Source of the DNA: Candidatus Multivoradales bacterium
GTDB lineage: Bacteria > Acidobacteriota > Thermoanaerobaculia > Multivoradales > JAHEKO01
Length of the DNA: 64,000 nt
Direction: 5' to 3'
Assembly: GCA_965248055.1 (NCBI GenBank)
Contig: CBDFIJ010000004.1
Span: 768,001-832,000, forward strand
Positions 58,985-64,000 of the stretch are shown one piece after another. The stretch's first letter is position 1. The number at the start of each line of letters is the position of its first letter. Under the pieces are notes generated by a model. The model saw only the letters and a program-made list of their open reading frames with translations. It searched no databases and was not told where the DNA came from. Made by a program: the position numbers and the translations under genes.

Positions 58985-61234
58985 CTACTCGGGTTCTACC
59001 ACGCAGAACCCGACAAAGTCGCTGGCCGAGTGACCGGATCTGCAACTAGCGATCGTGCGGTCACGCACCAATAGGCGAACGGTGTAGCCACAGGCTGGCA
59101 GGCTGCTGGTGTCCAGCTGCCAGCTACCTGCTTCTCCACTGCCAAGCACTCCATGATTGTAGTAACTGCGGAAACTCGGAGTGGGTATTACGCCATGCAC
59201 GTTGCCATTGATCTTGGCAGGCTGGAGTTGCAGGTGCAGTTCCTTGAAGTGATCGTCTGGGGCATCAGTTGCGGTGTAATTGCCGTGGATGACATCGCCG
59301 ATCTGGAAAGTAGAACAATCCACTGCCGGCTGAATCTTTCCACCTTTGCTCGAAAACCCTGTGATTTCCAGCTCAGCAAACGGCAGAGTCTGATCCAGCT
59401 TCACTTTGACGTTCTGCCTCGTGCTGCTATCCGCCACGCACTTCGTGACCCCTGCCAGATAGTAGTTGTTCAGCGAATCCTTAGCGCGAATCATGATCTC
59501 CCACAGTCCGCTGCCATAGGAGGTTGAATTCCATTGAGCAAGCTGACGATTGGGCGAGATCACCCGCCGCCACTTGCCAGGAGACGTTCCATACTCACGG
59601 TAGGTGTAGTAGCCGTCAGCCGTATCCACTTTTTGGATAAATGGGTAACTGATCGGGGTGCTCCCACCAGTGCTCTCTTGAATGGTGACCTTAAAGTCGT
59701 TGGCCAGAGCCTGGTACGACCCTTTAGGCGTGCCGTTGTTGTTGAGCGGACGCACCCAAATCTTGTACTTGAGGGTGTCGGCCGCGTTGAGCGCCGGAGC
59801 GGCGGGGATCTCACCTTGAATGTTGATCCCACCGCCGTAGGGTCGATCTAGGTTATCCAATCCGCTTCCCTGGTTGATCGAGCAAACATCCTGATTGCAC
59901 AAGCTGTAGAGAAATGGGGTGTAGTCGCCATCCTCGATCGCGTTGCCAGCCCGGATTTGCACCAACGTTTGCTCCCGGTTACCCCAGGTGGGCACGTAGT
60001 TCGGGTTGTTGCAAGGGGGTGCTGATTGCCAGGAAAGAATGGCTCGAATCGGCACCAGCCGCGGCCCCTCCTCGCAGTTTCGGCGATAGGGGTTCAAGTT
60101 AACCGGCACCTGCAAAGAGTATTCGAGGCCCTCATCGGGGATTCTGTCGATGTCGTAGACCTTCACCTGGGCAGTGCCAAGACAGGTCTCAAAGGTGCCG
60201 TTGTTGTCGAAATCTCCCCAGAACGTGACGTACTCAGTACTACCGTCGGTACATGGATCTCCCGAATAGCCCGCAGGCTTCTTGACCCTGATGATCGCCA
60301 CCAGTTCGTCCCGTTCGTTGTCTAATCCAACGCATTCGAGTTCTTCATATCTGGTGTTGCCGTCTGAAGATGGCAGGTTAACCAGCAGGTCCGAGATATC
60401 GATGTCCAGGTCCTGGAAGATGCTGGTCGATTCCGCCGTGACAAGCTTTTCCAGTAGTCCAGGCGTATCCAGCATCTTTTGCACATGCGCAAAACCGAAG
60501 CGGCGCGGTTCCACCCTGCCCTGATACAACTTGGCGAGGTCTGCCAAGGCGAGTTGCTTCGGCTTAGCCAGCGTCAGGGTCTGCGATGAATCCACCAACG
60601 GGGCAAACGTTGAGTCCAACGTGAACTCGCTCTCGTCCAATAACTCACCAACCGTAATGTCCGCCTTGAAGGGATCGACCAGGATGTGGGTGTTGTGCAC
60701 CTCGCCCCACACCGGCTGAAAGTTGGGTTGGTCTGCCGGTGGCTCGAAGTTCCACGACAGAATCGCCCGTGCCAAAATCGTGTTCTCGACATGACACCAA
60801 CGTTTGCGCGGTGCGACTTCGATTGCTACCGCGTACTCAAGCCGTTTTCGCCCTTCTGTTTCCTGTGGAATGTTGTAGGCGGTGAAATTGGTTACCCCTT
60901 GATCTTTCCAGGTGACGCCTCCGTCAAACGACAGATAGAAGCGAACGTACTCGGGCGTTCCTGCAGTACAAATATCGCCGCCATATCCTGACGGTTGGTT
61001 GACGAAAACCACCGCTTCGAGCCGATTGAGCTGAGGCTGAAAACCGACACATCCGATCTCTTCGTAGCTGGTGTTGCCGCTGATCTCAGCTTCTGCACTG
61101 AGCTCGCTGGCCTCCAGATTACCGAAGTAGTTGGGGTTCTTCAGGAGTAACTTTTTGAAACCCCGGCGGAACTTGAGGGTCTTTCCCGATACTTCGACGC
61201 CGTCGTGCGAGTCGTCTTGTTTCTTAGTTGCCAT
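58985..61234 (-). CDS. Cys-rich hypothetical protein with an internally duplicated domain (749 aa)
   Basis: Two copies of GNTxYEExxCVG...GYxGDxCTxGxxEYVxF...RAILSW...PxWG; no signal peptide. Confidence 0.85.
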   Translation of the reverse strand: MATKKQDDSHDGVEVSGKTLKFRRGFKKLLLKNPNYFGNLEASELSAEAEISGNTSYEEIGCVGFQPQLNRLEAVVFVNQPSGYGGDICTAGTPEYVRFYLSFDGGVTWKDQGVTNFTAYNIPQETEGRKRLEYAVAIEVAPRKRWCHVENTILARAILSWNFEPPADQPNFQPVWGEVHNTHILVDPFKADITVGELLDESEFTLDSTFAPLVDSSQTLTLAKPKQLALADLAKLYQGRVEPRRFGFAHVQKMLDTPGLLEKLVTAESTSIFQDLDIDISDLLVNLPSSDGNTRYEELECVGLDNERDELVAIIRVKKPAGYSGDPCTDGSTEYVTFWGDFDNNGTFETCLGTAQVKVYDIDRIPDEGLEYSLQVPVNLNPYRRNCEEGPRLVPIRAILSWQSAPPCNNPNYVPTWGNREQTLVQIRAGNAIEDGDYTPFLYSLCNQDVCSINQGSGLDNLDRPYGGGINIQGEIPAAPALNAADTLKYKIWVRPLNNNGTPKGSYQALANDFKVTIQESTGGSTPISYPFIQKVDTADGYYTYREYGTSPGKWRRVISPNRQLAQWNSTSYGSGLWEIMIRAKDSLNNYYLAGVTKCVADSSTRQNVKVKLDQTLPFAELEITGFSSKGGKIQPAVDCSTFQIGDVIHGNYTATDAPDDHFKELHLQLQPAKINGNVHGVIPTPSFRSYYNHGVLGSGEAGSWQLDTSSLPACGYTVRLLVRDRTIASCRSGHSASDFVGFCVVEPE

Positions 61235-61493
61235 GATTCGTTCCTTCTCTAGTTTCGTTGCACGGATTGGCAGACCGACCGATTTATCCGAAAGCCAACC
61301 AATGCAGGGTTATTTCGCACTTCATCTCCTAGATAGTGGGCGGCGAGACCAAGGTCTAGCGACTTCTTTGTTCTGCGAGGCTGATCACCGCCCACTCTTG
61401 GGGTCACGCCTAGTAATGGTCCGATCAGCGAGGGGTTTGTTTACCTTGTTGCTCAAATAGGTGAGAGCAACTTCGCCGGGACTGTCCAAGACA

Positions 61494-63373
61494 ATCGACA
61501 TAGGTAGGCCCTCACGGGCTTTCCCTGTCACACCACCGTGCGTACGGGTCCGTACACGGCGGTTCGGTGAGGTTGAGCTTTAGTGACGAGGATCAAGTCG
61601 AAGGAGTCCAAGGGAATCAAAAGTGGCATTGGGCAACGCGAAACTCAGCGCCGGGCTGCAGCTGATCCGCCAAGGACCACGAAGACTCCCGGCTGTCTTT
61701 GCAGCCAGATCGTGCCCCACGTCCAGGCGGCGCAGCTGTGCAAACCGACGGCGCCCATTTCGCCATTGTTTCCAGACACAACAGCGCAAGCGCCGCCGCA
61801 TCCACGAGTCGAGGTGTCCTAATACCGAAGGTGTCTCGCAGAAACCGTAGTACTGAATCCACCCTCTCAGGTAGCGATTCAGCACCACGATCCTGTGCTC
61901 AAGACTCACGCTCCGGTTGCGGCGCGTCAGATCCCGGACTTTCCTTTTAAAGCGCGAGCGAGCCGACGGCGATATTCGCCGTCTTGGCTCATCTCCGTAG
62001 GTAAAGCTAAAACCCAGAAACGATCGCTTCGATGGCCGAGCCACTGCACTCTTCGCTTTATTAATCTTAAGCTTGAGCTTCTTCTCGATGAAGCGCCTAA
62101 TACTCTCCATCACACGGTGACCTGCTCGTTCGCTCTTTACGTAGACGTTACAGTCATCCGCATAGCGCACGAAGCGGTGTCCCCGATGCTCCAACTCTCG
62201 ATCCAAAACGTCGAGCACAAGATTCGACAATAGAGGCGACAATGGGCCGCCTTGCGGCGTCCCTTCACGCGTCACAACAACCAGCCCGTTCTCCATCACT
62301 CCGGCGTTCAGGTATGACCGCAGGAGCTTGAGCAAGCGTTTGTCCATCACCCGGTCCGCCACACGCGCCATCAGTTGATCGTGGTTCACTCGATCGAAGA
62401 ACTTCTCCACATCGAGATCCACCACCCACTCGTAACCCGCCGCAACATACTGCTGCGCTTGGGCCACCGCCTGATGCGCCGAGCGACCCGGACGAAAACC
62501 AAAACTGTGCTCGGAAAACGTCGGATCCCAGAGTGGCTGCAAAACCTGGAGGATCGCCTGTTGAATCAGGCGGTCCAGCACGGTCGGTACCCCGAGCTTT
62601 CTCACCCCGCCACCCGGCTTGGGGATTTCCACCCTTTTGACCGGTTGCGGACGATATTCGCCCGAGAGAAGCTGCTCTCGAATCCTTGACCAATGATCCC
62701 GCAGGTAATCAGAAAGCTCCGAGACTCTCATCCCGTCGACTCCTGGACCACCGCGGTTTCTACCGACTCGTTGCAATGCTCTCTTCAAATTCTCGCCTGA
62801 GACCACCTCCTCCATCAATCCCTTGCCACCCGCCGGACTTTCGTTTCCTCGATTCGCCGTAGATACTTCGGTCCCTTCCGAGGACGCGCTCGGGGCTTCA
62901 CCCCCAACACCGTCTTCAAAGGCCAGCTCTAGCTGGATCTTCTGCCGCTTGCTATCCATGAAAATCAAAGCCTATTCATCCTGACTCACCGTTCGGGCCT
63001 TCGGTCTCCTGAAAAAAAACCTACTATGCCCTCTGCTGACTTCTGCGATGCGGTCAAAGCACCTCACGGTGCTCCCAGTCCCCTTTGCAAAGAGACACAT
63101 CGCAGACCTCCCGAGGTAAGTTCAACCACCTTCACCGCACACACGCCGGATTTACAGCCCAGACGCTTGATGGGTATGGACTTCGTGACCTCTTGCTCAC
63201 TCGTCCCACCTGGACTGCCTCGTATCCGATTCCTGTTCGTCGTGTCGCGGTTTTGCTCCACACTGCCTTCAGACCAGACCTCACGATCTCGCCCTTGTGC
63301 TTCGCTAGCACTTCACCTCCATCTGGTTGTGCAGGGACTCGCACCCATAAGTTGTTGAACATGCTCGGCACAC
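61494..63373 (-). mobile_element. Group II intron, class C (IIC), complete (1880 nt)
   Basis: 5' GTGTGCCGAGCATG at 63373; domain V ACCGCCGTGTACGGACCCGTACGCACGGTGGT (about 61531-61563); domain VI ending ...CCTATGTCGAT at 61494. Confidence 0.92.
61580..62959 (-). CDS. ltrA: Group II intron reverse transcriptase/maturase (no endonuclease domain)
   Basis: GPGVDG, RKLGVPT..DR, GFRPGRS, GTPQGGPLSPLL, RYADD, FLGF, domain X RGWIQYY. Confidence 0.96.
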   Translation of the reverse strand: MDSKRQKIQLELAFEDGVGGEAPSASSEGTEVSTANRGNESPAGGKGLMEEVVSGENLKRALQRVGRNRGGPGVDGMRVSELSDYLRDHWSRIREQLLSGEYRPQPVKRVEIPKPGGGVRKLGVPTVLDRLIQQAILQVLQPLWDPTFSEHSFGFRPGRSAHQAVAQAQQYVAAGYEWVVDLDVEKFFDRVNHDQLMARVADRVMDKRLLKLLRSYLNAGVMENGLVVVTREGTPQGGPLSPLLSNLVLDVLDRELEHRGHRFVRYADDCNVYVKSERAGHRVMESIRRFIEKKLKLKINKAKSAVARPSKRSFLGFSFTYGDEPRRRISPSARSRFKRKVRDLTRRNRSVSLEHRIVVLNRYLRGWIQYYGFCETPSVLGHLDSWMRRRLRCCVWKQWRNGRRRFAQLRRLDVGHDLAAKTAGSLRGPWRISCSPALSFALPNATFDSLGLLRLDPRH

Positions 63374-63402
63374 AAAAAAGAGCGCTGCAACTCGCAGCAC
63401 CA
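63374..63402 (-). terminator. Intrinsic-terminator-like hairpin + U-tract; the intron's target site
   Basis: Minus strand GGTGCTGC-GAGTT-GCAGCGCT-CTTTTTT directly before the intron 5' end. Confidence 0.8.
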
Positions 63403-64000
63403 TGGGAAATCAGACTTGTACCGCCACGCTATTCGGCGGAACCACAATTTCGGTCTATTCTGTTATCAACGTTGCCCAACCATTATCATCCACGACCCCG
63501 AAACTGCCAGGTGATCCGTCCGACTTCTTCTCCTCGATAGAGCTGGCGAATGGCCAAACTATGGCTGTCAGCGATCTCCTCTCCGGAGATCCGAAATCGA
63601 CACTTAGACCGAGCCCCGGCAAGTTTCGAAGTGGTGCGTGCCACATCATGGGTTAATCACGCCAGCAGTTCTGCGACATCCGGCGCAAACACCGAACCTA
63701 TGAAGATGGGGGGCTTATCAATCGCTTGCCAGGGTCTAGCAAACCCCCACCCTAATTGAGTCTCAGAGAAGATTGAGAAACCAGTGTCGACTACTGCCTC
63801 AGGTACCCAACTCACGGTGCACTGCGAGATGCTCAGCAACCCGTCCTGGAAGGAATCCAAGTTTCCTCGACCAGAGTTGGTGACGTTTGAGCGCATCATA
63901 AGCTTCCGACCAAGCATGAGCACTGCTGGAGGCTGCACAAGAAAAGGGCGCTGCCAGCGCAGCGCCCAAAGCTTTCCTACCAAACCATGGGATTCACGAA

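Noticed and set aside
61160-61180. FRRGFKK in the 749-aa protein as a Tat signal
   Set aside because: No hydrophobic h-region follows the twin arginines.
61580-62959. RT as a retron, DGR or defence RT
   Set aside because: It has a maturase domain and flanking group II intron 5' end and domains V/VI; no TR/VR pair or msr-msd was seen.
63402-64000. Short ORFs on both strands at the right edge
   Set aside because: No recognisable motifs and the coding strand is ambiguous; 63657..>64000 (-) may be a gene end but cannot be supported.
44061-64000. Integrase or att duplicate defining a discrete island at tRNA-Thr
   Set aside because: No integrase and no repeat of the tRNA 3' end found by eye; island status is inferred from gene content only.

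Overview
The window looks like bacterial chromosome. Gene order (surE-pcm, lpxA-fabZ-lpxD-skp-bamA-clpC-lolD/C-lysS) and protein style suggest Acidobacteriota, possibly Thermoanaerobaculia, but that is inference. It has four parts. (1) 1-7.5 kb: one end of a phage-satellite/prophage-like element integrated at tRNA-Arg(CCT). It encodes an integrase, an excisionase-like HTH protein, a DnaB-N/AAA helicase with an iteron-like repeat cluster in its 3' end, TerS-like and TerL genes, and small orphans, and runs off the left edge. (2) 7.8-35.2 kb: housekeeping genes for purine salvage, lipid A/OMP biogenesis, ClpC, tRNA synthetases and shikimate. (3) 35.4-43.9 kb: a rearranged IS110/IS3 junction with truncated genes, then an ArsM-like methyltransferase, CCA-adding enzyme and an acyltransferase. 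(4) 44-64 kb: an accessory region after tRNA-Thr(CGT) with three uncharacterised minus-strand modules. These are a tight five-gene operon (orphan 794-aa protein, SGNH hydrolase, Tle1/DUF2235 lipase, M4-like gluzincin, MBL-fold hydrolase with histone-like tail), an exported M64 peptidase/FG-GAP protein with two paralogous partners, and a Cys-rich tandem-domain protein + DUF1360 (CxxC) + small CC-protein cassette. A complete class IIC group II intron follows. All family assignments are by motif recognition by eye; no database searches were run.
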